NCBI GenBank assembly: GCA_002269645.1
Contig: NIVC01000356.1
Coordinates: 1-64,000 of the forward strand
From: Macrostomum lignano
Lineage: Eukaryota
Reading direction: 5' to 3'
DNA: 64,000 nt
In this document: one piece after another, positions 36,901-50,400 of the stretch
Position numbering within the stretch: the stretch's first letter is position 1
How the letters are laid out: every line of letters starts with the position of its first letter
Translations under genes and position numbers: made by a program
The notes under the pieces: model-generated
Told to the model about the DNA's origin: nothing
Databases searched by the model: none
Seen by the model: only the letters and a program-made list of their open reading frames with translations

Positions 36901-38027
36901 GCGGGCAGTCACCTGAAGGATCAGAGAGGGTAGCGGGCAGTCACCTGAAGGATCAGAGAGGGGTAGCGGACAGTCAAATGAAGGATCAGAGAGGGGTAGC
37001 GGACAGTCAAATGAAGGATCAGAGAGGGGTAGCGGGCAGTCAACTGAAGGATCAGAGAGGGTAGCGGGCAGTCAACTGAAGGATCAGAGAGGGTAGCGGG
37101 CAATCAACTGAAGGATCAGAGAGGGTAGCGGGCAGTCACCTGAAGGATCAGAGAGGGGTAGCGGGCAGTCACCTGAAGGATCAGAGAGGGTAGCGGGCAG
37201 TCACCTGAAGGATCAGAGAGGGGTAGCGGACAGTCAAATGAAGGATCAGAGAGGGGTAGCGGACAGTCAAATGAAGGATCAGAGAGGGGTAGTGGGCAGT
37301 CAACTGAAGGATCAGAGAGGGTAGCGGGCAGTCAACTGAAGGATCAGAGAGGGGTAGCGGGCAGTCACCTGAAGGATCAGAGAGGGGTAGTGGGCAGTCA
37401 ACTGAAGGATCAGAGAGGGTAGCGGGCAGTCAACTGAATGTACAGGTCAATTTTCAATGAAATCCAACTAGCAGTATTTTTTAAACGCTCGATTTCTACT
37501 TCAAATTTAACAAGTCAAGAGTGCTTCACATTGCAGCATACAAAGTTCTAGAACAATTTAGAAATTACTTGACACATACCCAATATTATCTTGTTTACTA
37601 CAGTCCAAAGTTCTTAATAAATTTAATAGCCAATAAAACTATTGAGCTGCACGCGTATTAGCACAGATACAAGAATACTTAGATAAAACGCTACACCGCA
37701 TGGGTGTTTGGGTGCAAAATTCACAGGTTGTTTACTTAAGTAAAGTTGTTAAAGTGATAGATACAACTGTATAAAATGCCATGGTAACAGAAAACGTGTG
37801 TGGGGTTGCCACCTCTTCAGTGTGTTTGTTTACCAGCATGTTATTTTAGCTGCATTTTGTTGACTTCTATATTGAACTAGAAAAAACATGCATTGGCGCT
37901 GGGGGGCTAAACTGTACAGTTTGGGCGGGTTGGGTGCTGCAGTGACCCCTGCAGAGCTGAACTTTGCAACCTGCTTGATCTCACTGAGCCACTCAGCGTA
38001 CTCTGCGAACTGGAATGCAAGATTAGC
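30920..38027 (-). CDS. Provisional multi-exon gene of unknown function
   Basis: Candidate exons: 38027-37834 (ANLAFQFAEYAEWLSEIKQVAKF…), ~35175-35132 (…GQLCSLIIAR, donor GTGAGT), 34153-34066 (SLSEAWLGVEPFEVRPGCDRQFCLRLVWL), 32583-~32410 (VCSCLELEEFREELALQ…) and a terminal exon (DGRPQLHWVLQAAYRK*). The last four join in phase. No family recognised. Confidence 0.4.
31180..31840. repeat. 12/20-bp TAATGTCTGTCC-type minisatellite
   Basis: Tandem units visible. Confidence 0.9.
32646..32950 (-). mobile_element. tRNA-derived SINE, copy 2 (internal deletion in head)
   Basis: Same body as copy 1; GGGCCCCTGGGCTACG shows loss of the segment between the A- and B-box-like motifs. Confidence 0.85.
33480..33940. 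repeat. 44-bp minisatellite (GAGATAGGAGTAGACAGAATATGAGATTAGAATGAAGGAATTGT)
   Basis: About 9 tandem units. Confidence 0.95.
34495..35125. repeat. 32-bp minisatellite (TAGATTTTAGCGCCAAGTTTAGCGCTGCAGGC)
   Basis: About 19-20 units; begins immediately after the minus-strand donor GTGAGT at 35131. Confidence 0.95.
35390..35530. repeat. ~46-bp unit x3 with internal 8-bp stem (ATCTAACA…TGTTAGAT)
   Basis: Direct repeats visible. Confidence 0.85.
36070..37440. repeat. 32/33-bp minisatellite (minus-strand unit GTGACTGCCCGCTACCCTCTCTGATCCTTCAG)
   Basis: About 41 tandem units. Confidence 0.95.
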
Positions 38028-38127
38028 CTACTGGGGAAGGGAATGATTCACGTGATCAATTTTCATGTACATAGCATTTCATGTAAAGGTATGGACAGTT
38101 TGTACAAATTAAATCTCCTCTGTCTAT

Positions 38128-38360
38128 ATCCTCTCCTCTCCTCTCCTCTCCTCTCCTCTCCTCTCCTCTCCTCTCCTCTCCTCTCCTCTCCTCTCCTCTC
38201 CTCTCCTCTCCTCTCCTCTCCTCTCCTCTCCTCTCCTCTCCTCTCCTCTCCTCTCCTCTCCTCTCCTCTCCTCTCCTCTTCTCTCCTCTCCTCTCCTCTC
38301 CTCTCCTCTCCTCTCCTCTCCTCTCCTCTCCTCTCCTCCCCTCCCCTCTCCTCTCATCTC
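38128..38360. repeat. (CTCTC)n array
   Basis: Pentamer microsatellite. Confidence 0.95.
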
Positions 38361-38939
38361 CTTTTCTCCCAATAAGAACAGACAAATACAGGTTTTGAGT
38401 TTGTAGTCTTAGCAAGTTTCAAGTGCTTAAGCTGTTAAGCCGTCATTCCGACTCACAAGAGCTTTATCTCTGGATAGTCAGCCGAATACATGCAATGTTT
38501 TAGCTTTTACAAACCATGACCACGACACAGCATAATCAGTTATCTTAGAGTTACAAATATGAGTTGCCGAACTTCAGCAAACTCTTCTGGATCCTAATCT
38601 AGCCACCAGCAGTGACACACTCTGTGTGCCTGGGCGTTTAAATTTTTTATTGCCTGGCAAATTTGGGATGAGAGCAAAGTTTTTTCAAAAAATTATCTCT
38701 TAGAAGAAACATTATTTGTCATGCTCAAGTAACTCTCCGTTCGAGGTTACTGAGTTCATCTGGGAAAATATCTTTTATCGCTTATCAGCAGCTGTGAAAC
38801 CGCCATTAGCAGCTGTAGTAAGTAAGTAGTTCACGCTGGTGGTGCAAACGAACTTGAGTTATCAGTTATTTTCACAGACTTTACCGAGGACTTATAGACA
38901 CCAAAACTGGCTGACTGAAGGCGTGAAAATGAAATAGCC

Positions 38940-39480
38940 AGAGAGAAGAGAGACAGCAGAGAGTCAGAGAAGAGAGAAAGCAGAGCGCCAGAGAAGAAAG
39001 CGGAGCGCCAGAGAGGAGAGAAAGCGGAGCGCCAGAGAGGAGAGAAAGCGGAGCGCCAGAGAGGAGAGAGAAAGCGGAGCGCCAGACAGGAGAGAAAGCG
39101 GAGCGCCAGAGAGGAGAGAAAGCGGAGCGCCAGAGAGGAGAGAAAGCGGAGCGCCAGAGAGGAGAGAAAGCGGAGCGCCAGAGAGGAGAGAGAAAGCGGA
39201 GCGCCAGAGAGGAGAGAGAAAGCGGAGCGCCAGAGAGGAGAGAGAAAGCAGAGCGCCAGAGAGGAGAGAAAGCGGAGCGCCAGAGAAGAGAGAAAGCGGA
39301 GCGCCAGAGAGGAGAGAAAGCGGAGCGCCAGAGAAGAGAGAAAGCGGAGCGCCAGAGAGGAGAGAAAGCGGAGCGCCAGAGAAGAGAGAAAGCGGAGCGC
39401 CAGAGAGGAGAGAAAGCGGAGCGCCAGAGAAGAGAGAAAGCGGAGCGCCAGAGAGGAGAGAAAGCGGAGCGCCAGATAGC
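38940..39480. repeat. 24/26-bp minisatellite (GAGAAAGCGGAGCGCCAGAGAGGA)
   Basis: Tandem units visible. Confidence 0.95.
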
Positions 39481-40059
39481 AGTTTTGATGTCTTAAGTTT
39501 ATGTTTTCGAAGAGTAAAAGACAGTGAGCCGATTCTCTTCTTTCAGCAATCACAGGCATTATTTTATGCTTATATGAAAATCGTCAATGCACAATGTCTG
39601 AATACTGATGGACATCAGTACTATTTTTAGCTACAGTCACTGGTTCTGAGTCAAATACGAGTTAAGCTCCAGTTAAAAAGGATATTGAATGAGCTTCCCA
39701 TGTAACTAGAATAACACAGAGAGGGTGCAATATGAAGGTCAGCAAGTCAGCTATTGAAGCAGATAGAGAAGCTACAGTATTTACAGCTATTTAGGAGCAT
39801 GTGGTGTACAGTAGAGGTCAACCGTCAGTCCACGAATAGAAGTTCTTGGGGTTTCCCTATCTTGGTGTTTGGTCATATCTCTCTCTTTCTCTCTCTCTCT
39901 CTCTGGTCTTCTGTCAGACAAGCCAAGCTAAAATGAACAGAGAATTACCATTTATGCTTTTGCTGCTCTTCTGCTAGCCTCTCTTTCACTTGGACCGCTA
40001 AAATTGGAGAGAGAGAGAGAGAGAGTGGAGCGAGAGGCCATGTGACTTCAAGCGGGCCG

Positions 40060-40150
40060 GGTTCTCATTGGTCCAGAGGGGTCCCGAAGCCGGTGCTATA
40101 TAAACAGCCAAAGCCGCGAAGGCGTTTCGAGAACTCTCTCTCTCTCAGTC
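40060..40150 (+). promoter_or_regulatory. Putative core promoter of the ETS gene
   Basis: Reverse CCAAT (ATTGG) at ~40067, TATATAAA at 40097-40104, flanking GA/CT repeats, ~130 bp upstream of the ATG at 40231. Confidence 0.55.
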
Positions 40151-40230
40151 TTAATCAGGTTGTAGAAGAATCATTTTTATAATTTGTTAATTTTCTTCCA
40201 AATACGATAGGCAGGAGGTGCACAGCGAGA

Positions 40231-42587
40231 ATGGACAGCGACGACATCATCGAGGAGCTGCTGAATGGCAGCGGTTTATCCAGCTATCCGCCTCAGCAGC
40301 AGCGCTTGCAACATTGCAGCGGGGTGCCTGCGGGTACAGCAGTGTTCTCAGCTCTGCAATGGGACGCATTCATGGCGAACTGCTCGGAGAACTACTCAAC
40401 TGGCTTAGGCTACTGCAGTTCGGCCGGATTTGAGCAGCAGAAGCAGCAGCAGAGCACCTTTCGACTGGCATTTGAGTCTGCTATGGTGAGTAGCTTAGCT
40501 TGCTTTGATTGGTGCTGCTGATTGATTGATTATTGATGTCTCAGACTCTTAGTAAGGGTGCCAGTGAAAGGGCGCTAATGAAGAAGGGGCGCTAGTGAAG
40601 AAGATGCGCTAGTGAAGAAGGGGCGCTAGTGAAGAAGGGGCACCAGTGAAGGGGTGCCAGTGAAGGGGCGCCAGTGAAGAGGCGCTAGTGAAGGGGCGCT
40701 AGGGAAGAAGGGGCGCTAGTGAAGAAGGTGCGCTAGTGAAGGGGCGCTAGTGAAGGGGCGCTAGTGAAGAAGGGGCGCTAGTGAAGAAGGGGCGCTAGTG
40801 AAGGGGCGCTAGTGAAGGGGCGTTAGTGAAGAAGGGGCGCTAGTGAAGAAGGTGCGCTAGTGAAGGGGCGCTAGTGAAGAAGGGGCGCTAGTGAAGAAGG
40901 GGCGCTAGTGAAGGGGCCCTAGTGAAGGGGCGCCAGTGAAGGTGCGCCAGTGAAGAGGCGCTAGTGAAGGGGCGCTAGTGAAGAAGGGGCGCTAGTGAAG
41001 AAGGTGCGCTAGTGAAGGGGCGCTAGTGAAGAAAGGTGTTAGTGAAGGTAGTGAAGAGACCGATAATCCTGTTGAAAAATTAATTTTCCACACGAGTGTG
41101 CTCAAGTTCGGACTCAAACACAACCCCATGGCAACCCACCACCAGGCCGCACAGACCGCTGACGATCTGAACGGTCTCAACACCTGGGACTTCGCCGTGA
41201 TGCGCAGCGAATTCGGCGACCTTCAGTCCATCGACAACGCCGAACTCATCGACCTTTACTGTCGGCCCAACTGCGGACCCGACAGTCAGAAACTCATCGA
41301 TCTCACTGATGAAGATTCGCAGCTTCTGGAGCTGCGGAGTCGCTCCGACTCGGGCTATTCAACAGCCTCTTGCCAGCAGCAGCAGCAGTTCGTTCCGCCT
41401 GTGACGTCCGCAACCACAGCCGCAAGCTTCTGGTGCCAGAGCCCCACCTGCCTGAGCTGCGCCAGCAGCAGCGATGGAGCCGACAGTCCGTCTCCGCCGT
41501 CGCTTCTGTCCTCGCCGATTCCGCAGCAGCAGCTGCAGGAGCGCCAGGAGCAGCGGAGCCACCAGCTGGCTGCACTGGCGGCCAAGCGGCTGGTCTCGGC
41601 TGTCGCTGCTGCACCCGCCGCTGGAGGCGTCGTCAAGAGGGCGAAAAAGCAGCGAACAAGTGAGTGGCGTAAATGCCTGCGTATGCTCACCCACTCTACC
41701 TACCTATATGACCTTCCTACGTATCTTTCTATCTTTTCTGCCTACGTTTCTGCCTATCTAACTTCCTTGCCTTACCTATCTACCTGTCTACCTACCTACC
41801 TGTCTACCTACCTGTTTACCTACCTACCTACCTATCTATCTACCTGTCTACCTACCTACCTGTCTACCTACCTATCTACCTATCTACCTGTCTACCTACC
41901 TGTTTACCTACCTACCTACCTATCTATCTACCTACCTATCTATCTACCTGTCTACCTACCTATCTATCTACCTGTCTACCTACCTACCTGTCTACCTACC
42001 TATCTACCTGTCTACCTACCTATCTACCTGTCTACCTACCTATCTACCTGTCTACCTATCTACCTGTCTACCTATCTACCTGTCTACCTATCTACCTGTC
42101 TACCTATCTACCTGTCTACCTATCTACCTGTCTACCTATCTACCTGTCTAACTAACTGCATCCATCATCAACCCTGTCTGTATACTTTGCCTGTCTACCT
42201 GCCTACTTCTCTACGCACCTGCCTGAACCTACTTGGCTAATTATTAACCTAATAACAACCCTACCCGCAGAGGTGACCAAGTCCCGCCAGCTGCAACTGT
42301 GGCAGTTCCTCTACCAGCAGCTGGACCTGGGCACCGAGGCCGACTGCCTGGATGAAACCGGCCAGCCGAACCTGCACTGGCTGTACCGGCAGGACGGCGT
42401 GTTTCGAATCTCCAATCCGAACAACCTGGCCGAGGCCTGGGGCAAGCATCGCAGACGAGACAACATGACGTATGAGAAGATGTCGCGCACACTGAGGTAC
42501 TACTACGACAGGCGCCTCATCACCAAGGTGACTGGCAAGCAGCACACCTACCAGTTCCACTACGATGAGTTCCCCGAGCAGGAATAG
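40231..42587 (+). CDS. ETS-domain transcription factor, 3 exons, ~361 aa
   Basis: Exons 40231-40485, 41146-41659, 42271-42587, phase-consistent. ETS domain: LQLWQFL…HWLYRQDGVFRI…LAEAWGKHRRRDNMTYEKMSRTLRYYYDRRLITKVTGKQHTYQF. Confidence 0.92.
40560..41050. repeat. GAAGGGGCGCTAGT-type 14/17-bp minisatellite in ETS intron 1
   Basis: Tandem units visible. Confidence 0.95.
41690..42230. repeat. (CTAC/CTAT/CTGT) tetramer array in ETS intron 2
   Basis: Low-complexity tetramer repeat. Confidence 0.9.
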
Positions 42588-44019
42588 AAAGCACCCCTCC
42601 GGTTGGGTCCTGTTTACTCAAATGTTCTCATTCGCTGAACTGTTTTGGTCACAAAAATATTAATAAATCGATTTTGAAAGATTTAGAGACAAAAAATAAT
42701 GAAACTCAAAGTACGCTACTTAATTAAGTAGCAATATGAGAAAATTGCATCTGAATTTTTATGGCCAAAAAAGATTCAACGATGAAGATCAGAATTGAGG
42801 AGTGCATTTTTTCTCTGTGGTTTGTGAAACTTGAGTTCGCGCCCAACTTTCAAGTCATCCGGTGTGTTTCAGATTGCCTGACTAATTTCTTATTTGTTTT
42901 AATTTGACTGTATTTTCTGCGCAAAAAACTAGACTAAATGTATATTTTGGTTCACCCTCTCACTCTGTCCTGCTCCCATTGACTCCGAAGCTGGTGAAAT
43001 TCCCGCAGCATTCGGTAATGACCATTTTTTTATTGCACCGAACTGTGAATTGTCATTCTCGACATTGTTCCATAGCTCATCTGCGACTGTTTATTCAGTG
43101 AGGATACTGTGTACCAAGCAGTCACGTTTATTTATTTACTGTAAATTCACTGCTATAAACAAACATTCGACTGACGCAGCTGAGGCCAAAAAGTACTCCA
43201 GCTTAGCTGTCGTCTAATAATTTTCGTCAATGCTTATCTCTCCCGATCGTCGCACTACTCTAAGTAGGCAAGTAGCGAATCTGCCACGCCCGATTCCGCG
43301 CCGTCTATCGATTCCAACTGGTTCCTTTTTGAAAGCCTGTTCGATCTGTACCGATTGTATTTGTTTATTTAGTTGGAGCTTTTGCGTTGAAATGTATTTA
43401 ATTGTTCCTCGATTGGTGGCTCTCTAATTCTTTACCGACTGCAAGCGACTCCACACGGAGTCCTTGCTAATCCTGGCACTGCGGCGCACTGAAATTTTAT
43501 CTTTTTTTCATTTGTGCCTTTTTTGTCCCGGCGGATTTCCCGCCCGGACTTTCTTAATTTTTTTGGTTTTTATTACTCTGCGCGCTCGGTGCTCTACTGA
43601 CAGTAGCATAAATAGCACCCAGTTTTGTTTATCGGCGCTCTGGTGCTCGGTAACTGTGCGAGCAAATTCTTCATCTTGTCAAGAAATAAAGCCATCAGAC
43701 TTTACACCCCACACCTGCACTCGTAACTATGCACAAATCGACAAGGCACCAGACGGTGTTGCAATTATAACAAAAAAATCCGAATATAAATTCAACTGGC
43801 ATTTCAATTTACGAAACTGGATTTACTCATTTTAATAGCTGTATACGTGATAGCTTGCGAGTCAAAACAGTTAATGCAAATAGGGTCCAGACAATGAAGG
43901 GCAATTAGTTAGAACCGAGTGGTGTTTTTTGAAAGTTGAGTTGCTATTTCTTAGAACCGACCGGTATTTCTTGGAATTAAGTGGTATTCTTCAAATCGAG
44001 TGGAATACTGGCATTTCTT

Positions 44020-44300
44020 AGAATCAACAGGTATTTCTTAGAATCGACAGGTATTTCTTAGAATCGAAAGGTATTTCTTAGAATCGACAGGTATTTCTTA
44101 AAATCGACAGGTATTTCTTAGAATCGAAAGGTATTTCTTAGAATCGAAAGGTATTTCTTAAAATCGACAGGTATTTCTTAGAATCGAAAGGTATTTCCTA
44201 GAATCGACAGGTATTTCTTAGAATCGACAGGTATTTCTTAGAATCGACAGGTATTTCTTTGAATCGACAGGTATTTCTTTGAATCGACAGGTATTTCTTA
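44020..44300. repeat. 20-bp minisatellite (AATCGACAGGTATTTCTTAG)
   Basis: About 14 units. Confidence 0.95.
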
Positions 44301-44413
44301 GAATCAAGAGGAATCAGAATACGGCTTGAACAATTTCCAAGTACAAACTATAGGCAATATTAACCATCTCAGTAGTTCATATTAATTGAGCATCGTTGAG
44401 AACAGACTCTGAC

Positions 44414-47400
44414 TCAGCCTCTGTGTTCATTCATGGCCAAAGTTTTCCCAATCGTGATGGCCGACACAGCACAGCCAAAAGCCGTGTCAGCCGGCATCAG
44501 CTCGACCTGCGGGCGCGAGGTTCGGAAAGTTGCGCCTATTCCTCCGATTTATGGATCTATTTTCAGGAAATGTTCTCGGATCGAACTCAGGATTTAATTC
44601 AGTTTTTATTCTCGAATTTAAGTGCAAGTATTCATTTTGGAGCTGTCGGAGATCAATTTCGTGACTGCTTTGGGATCGATTTTGGGACTTTTTTGGGATC
44701 AGTTTTGGGACCGCTTTGGGATTGATTTTGGGACTGCTATGGGATTGATTTTGAGACTGCTTTGGAATTGATTTTGGGACTGCTATGGGATTGATTTTGA
44801 GACTGCTTTGGAATTGATTTTGGGACTGCTTTGGGATCGATTTTGGGACTTTTTTGGGATCAGTTTTGGGACCGCTTTGGGATTGATTTTGGGACTGCTA
44901 TGGGATTGATTTTGAGACTGCTTTGGAATTGATTTTGGGACTGCTTTGGGATCGATTTTGGGACTTTTTTGGGATCAGTTTTGGGACCGCCTTGGGATTG
45001 ATTTTGGGACTTTTTTGGGATCAGATCAGTTTCGGGATCGCTTTGGGATCGATTTTGGGACTGCTTTGGAATTGATTTTGGGACTGTTTTGGGATTCATT
45101 TTGGGACTGTTTTGGGATCAAGTTTGAGACTGCTTTGGGATCAGTTTCGGGACTGCTTTGGGATCAGTTTCGGGACTGGTTTGGGATCAGTTTCGGGACT
45201 GGTTTTGGATCAGTTTCGGGACTGCTTTGGGGTCAAGTTTGAGACTGATTTGGGATCAGTTTTGGGACTGCTTTGGAATCAATTTCGGGACTGCTTTGGG
45301 ATCAATTTCGGGACTGGTTTGGGATCAGTTCGGGACTGGTTTGGGATCAGTTTTGGGACTGCTTTGGGATCAATTTCGGGACTGCTTTGGGATCACTTTC
45401 GAGATTGATCTTTCTGTGACAAACTTTCGGGACCAACAGACGTCTCTCCTCACCTTGAACGGGTAGATGCTGTTGATGGGGCTGGCAAATTCGTCCAGCG
45501 TCTCCTGCAGGCTGGGCAGCAGCTGGCCGATCTGGAACATGGCCCCGCAGTAGGCCACCACCATTCGTTCGGGCAGCAGCTTGCCGTACACGCGCTGGGC
45601 CACCGCCATGATGCAGCTGGCCAGCATGGTGGCACTGCGCTTCACAATGGCCTGACAGACTTGGGCGAGCTTCTCCGCCTCCTTTGGCTGGATCTGATAG
45701 CGCTCAAGCGGGTCGAGGAAAGCCTGATTTGGAGGGGGGGGGTTTGGGAACAGGGCAAGTTTGTACCTGTTAGATAATACTAGCTAACCTGTTAGACAGG
45801 GTGGTTTAGAAGCCTTTAGCTAATGTTAGACAATAGCTTTTAGACCCAGCTGTTACATATTATAGCTGTTAGACACTAGCTGTTAGAAACTAGCTGTTAG
45901 ACACTAGCTGTTAGACACTAGCTGTTAGACACTGTAGCTGTTATACACTATAGCTGTTAGACACCATAGCTGTTAGACACTAGCTGTTAGAAACTAGCTG
46001 TTAGACACTAGCTGTTAGACACCATAGCTGTTAGACACTAGCTGTTAGAAACTAGCTGTTAGACACTAGCTGTTAGACACTAGCTGTTAGACACTGTAGC
46101 TGTTATACACTATAGCTGTTAGACACTAGCTGTTAGACACTAGCTGTTAGACACTAGCTGTTAGACACTAGCTGTTGGACACTAGCTGTTAGACACTATA
46201 GCTGTTAGACACTGTAGCTGTTATACACTATAGCTGTTAGACACTATAGCTGTTAGACACTATAGCTGTTAGACACTAGCTGTTAGACACTAGCTGTTGG
46301 ACACTAGCTGTTAGACACTATAGCTGTTAGACACTAGCTGTTAGACACTATAGCTGTTAGACACTGTAGCTGTTAGACACTATAGCTGTTAGACACTAGC
46401 TGTTAGACACTAGCTGTTAGACACTAGCTGTTAGACACTAGCTGTTAGACACTATAGCTGTTAGACACTGTAGCTGTTATACACTATAGCTGTTAGACAC
46501 TGTAGCTGTTAGACACTATAGCTGTTAGACACTAGCTGTTAGACACTAGCTGTTAGACACTAGCTGTTAGACACTAGCTGTTAGAAACTAGCTGTTAGAC
46601 ACTATAGCTGTTAGACACTGTAGCTGTTATACACTATAGCTGTTAGACACTAGCTGTTAGACACTAGCTGTTAGACACTAGCTGTTAGACACTATAGCTG
46701 TTATACACTATAGCTGTTAGACACTATAGCTGTTAGACACTATAGCTGTTAGACACTATAGCTGTTAGACACTAGCTGTTGGACACTATAGCTGTTAGAC
46801 ACTATAGCTGTTAGACACTGTAGCTGTTAGACACTATAGCTGTTAGACACTATAGCTGTTAGACACTAGCTGTTGGACACTATAGCTGTTAGATACTATA
46901 GCTGTTAGACACTATAGCTGTTTGACACTAGCTGTTGGACACTATAGCTGTTTGACACTAGCTGTTGGACACTATAGCTGTTATACAGTATAGCTGTTAG
47001 ACACTAGCTGTTAGACACTAGCTGTTAGACACTAGCTGTTAGACACTATAGCTGTTAGACACTATAGCTGTTAGACACTGTAGCTGTTATACACTATAGC
47101 TGTTAGACACTATAGCTGTTAGACACTATAGCTGTTAGACACTAGCTGTTAGACACTAGCTGTTGGACACTAGCTGTTAGACACTAGCTGTTAGACACTG
47201 TAGCTGTTAGACACTGTAGCTGTTATACACTATAGCTGTTAGACACTATAGCTGTTAGACACTATAGCTGTTAGACACTATAGCTGTTAGACACTATAGC
47301 TGTTAGACACTAGCTGTTAGAAACTAGCTGTTAGACACTATAGCTGTTAGACACTAGCTGTTAGACACTAGCTGTTAGACACTAGCTGTTAGAAACTAGC

Positions 47401-50400
47401 TGTTAGACACTATAGCTGTTAGACACTAGCTGTTAGACACTATAGCTGTTAGACACTATAGCTGTTAGACACTGTAGCTGTTATACACTATAGCTGTTAG
47501 ACACTATAGCTGTTAGACACTATAGCTGTTAGACACTAGCTGTTAGACACTAGCTGTTGGACACTAGCTGTTAGACACTAGCTGTTAGACACTGTAGCTG
47601 TTAGACACTGTAGCTGTTATACACTATAGCTGTTAGACACTATAGCTGTTAGACACTGTAGCTGTTAGACACTATAGCTGTTAGACACTATAGCTGTTAG
47701 ACACTAGCTGTTAGAAACTAGCTGTTAGACACTATAGCTTTTAGACACTAGCTGTTAGACACTAGCTGTTAGACACTAGCTGTTAGACACTAGCTGTTAG
47801 AAACTAGCTGTTAGACACTATAGCTGTTAGACACTGTAGCTGTTATACACTATAGCTGTTAGACACAAGCTGTTAGACACTAGCTGTTAGACACTAGCTG
47901 TTAGACACTATAGCTGTTATACACTATAGCTGTTAGACACTATAGCTGTTAGACACTATAGCTGTTATACACTATAGCTGTTAGACACTAGCTGTTGGAC
48001 ACTATAGCTGTTAGACACTATAGCTGTTAGACACTGTAGCTGTTAGACACTATAGCTGTTAGACACTATAGCTGTTAGACACTAGCTGTTGGACACTATA
48101 GCTGTTAGATACTATAGCTGTTAGACACTATAGCTGTTAGACACTAGCTGTTAGACACTAGCTGTTGGACACTAGCTGTTAGACACTATAGCTGTTAGAC
48201 ACTATAGCTGTTATACACTATAGCTGTTAGACACTATAGCTGTTAGACACTATAGCTGTTAGACACTATAGCTGTTAGACACTATAGCTGTTAGACACTA
48301 GCTGTTAGAAACTAGCTGTTAGACACTATAGCTGTTAGACACTAGCTGTTAGACACTAGCTGTTAGACACTAGCTGTTAGACACTAGCTGTTAGAAACTA
48401 GCTGTTAGACACTATAGCTGTTAGACACTGTAGCTGTTATACACTATAGCTGTTAGACACTAGCTGTTAGACACTAGCTGTTAGACACTAGCTGTTAGAC
48501 ACTATAGCTGTTATACACTATAGCTGTTAGACACTAGCTGTTGGACACTATAGCTGTTAGACACTATAGCTGTTAGATACTATAGCTGTTAGACACTATA
48601 GCTGTTAGACACTATAGCTGTTATACACTATAGCTGTTAGACACCATAGCTGTTAGACACTATAGCTGTTAGACACTATAGCTGTTAGACACTATAGCTG
48701 TTAGACACTATAGCTGTTAGACACTAGCTGTTAGACACTATAGCTGTTAGACACTAGCTGTTAGACACTAGCTGTTAGACACTAGCTGTTAGACACTAGC
48801 TGTTAGAAACTAGCTGTTAGACACTATAGCTGTTAGACACTGTAGCTGTTATACACTATAGCTGTTAGACACTAGCTGTTAGACACTAGCTGTTAGACAC
48901 TAGCTGTTAGACACTATAGCTGTTATACACTATAGCTGTTAGACACTAGCTGTTGGACACTATAGCTGTTAGACACTATAGCTGTTAGATACTATAGCTG
49001 TTAGACACTAGCTGTTAGACACTATAGCTGTTATACACTATAGCTGTTAGACACCATAGCTGTTAGACACTATAGCTGTTAGACACTATAGCTGTTAGAC
49101 ACTAGCTGTTAGACACTAGCTGTTAGACACTAGCTGTTAGACACTAGCTGTTAGAAACTAGCTGTTAGACACTATAGCTGTTAGACACTGTAGCTGTTAT
49201 ACACTATAGCTGTTAGACACTAGCTGTTAGACACTAGCTGTTAGACACTAGCTGTTAGACACTATAGCTGTTATACACTATAGCTGTTAGACACTAGCTG
49301 TTGGACACTATAGCTGTTAGACACTATAGCTGTTAGATACTATAGCTGTTAGACACTAGCTGTTAGACACTATAGCTGTTATACACTATAGCTGTTAGAC
49401 ACCATAGCTGTTAGACACTATAGCTGTTAGACACTATAGCTGTTAGACACTATAGCTGTTAGACACTATAGCTGTTAGACACTAGCTGTTGGACACTATA
49501 GCTGTTAGATACTATAGCTGTTAGACACTATAGCTGTTAGACACTAGCTGTTAGACACTAGCTGTTGGACACTAGCTGTTAGACACTATAGCTGTTAGAC
49601 ACTATAGCTGTTATACACTATAGCTGTTAGACACTATAGCTGTTAGACACTATAGCTGTTAGACACTATAGCTGTTAGACACTATAGCTGTTAGACACTA
49701 GCTGTTAGAAACTAGCTGTTAGACACTATAGCTGTTAGACACTAGCTGTTAGACACTAGCTGTTAGACACTAGCTGTTAGACACTAGCTGTTAGAAACTA
49801 GCTGTTAGACACTATAGCTGTTAGACACTGTAGCTGTTATACACTATAGCTGTTAGACACTAGCTGTTAGACACTAGCTGTTAGACACTAGCTGTTAGAC
49901 ACTATAGCTGTTATACACTATAGCTGTTAGACACTAGCTGTTAGACACTATAGCTGTTAGACACTATAGCTGTTAGACACTAGCTGTTGGACACTATAGC
50001 TGTTAGATACTATAGCTGTTAGACACTATAGCTGTTAGACACTAGCTGTTAGACACTAGCTGTTGGACACTAGCTGTTAGACACTATAGCTGTTAGACAC
50101 TATAGCTGTTATACACTATAGCTGTTAGACACTATAGCTGTTAGACACTATAGCTGTTAGACACTATAGCTGTTAGACACTATAGCTGTTAGACACTAGC
50201 TGTTAGAAACTAGCTGTTAGACACTATAGCTGTTAGACACTAGCTGTTAGACACTAGCTGTTAGACACTAGCTGTTAGACACTAGCTGTTAGAAACTAGC
50301 TGTTAGACACTATAGCTGTTAGACACTGTAGCTGTTATACACTATAGCTGTTAGACACTAGCTGTTAGACACTAGCTGTTAGACACTAGCTGTTAGACAC

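Noticed and set aside
33480-37440. Regularly spaced 32-44 bp repeats resembling CRISPR arrays
   Set aside because: Units are head-to-tail with no unique spacers, there are no cas genes and the context is eukaryotic.
43230-43835. Moderately GC-rich stretch with short ORFs and splice-like sites between ETS and hexokinase-like genes
   Set aside because: No consistent exon chain or recognisable motif could be built.
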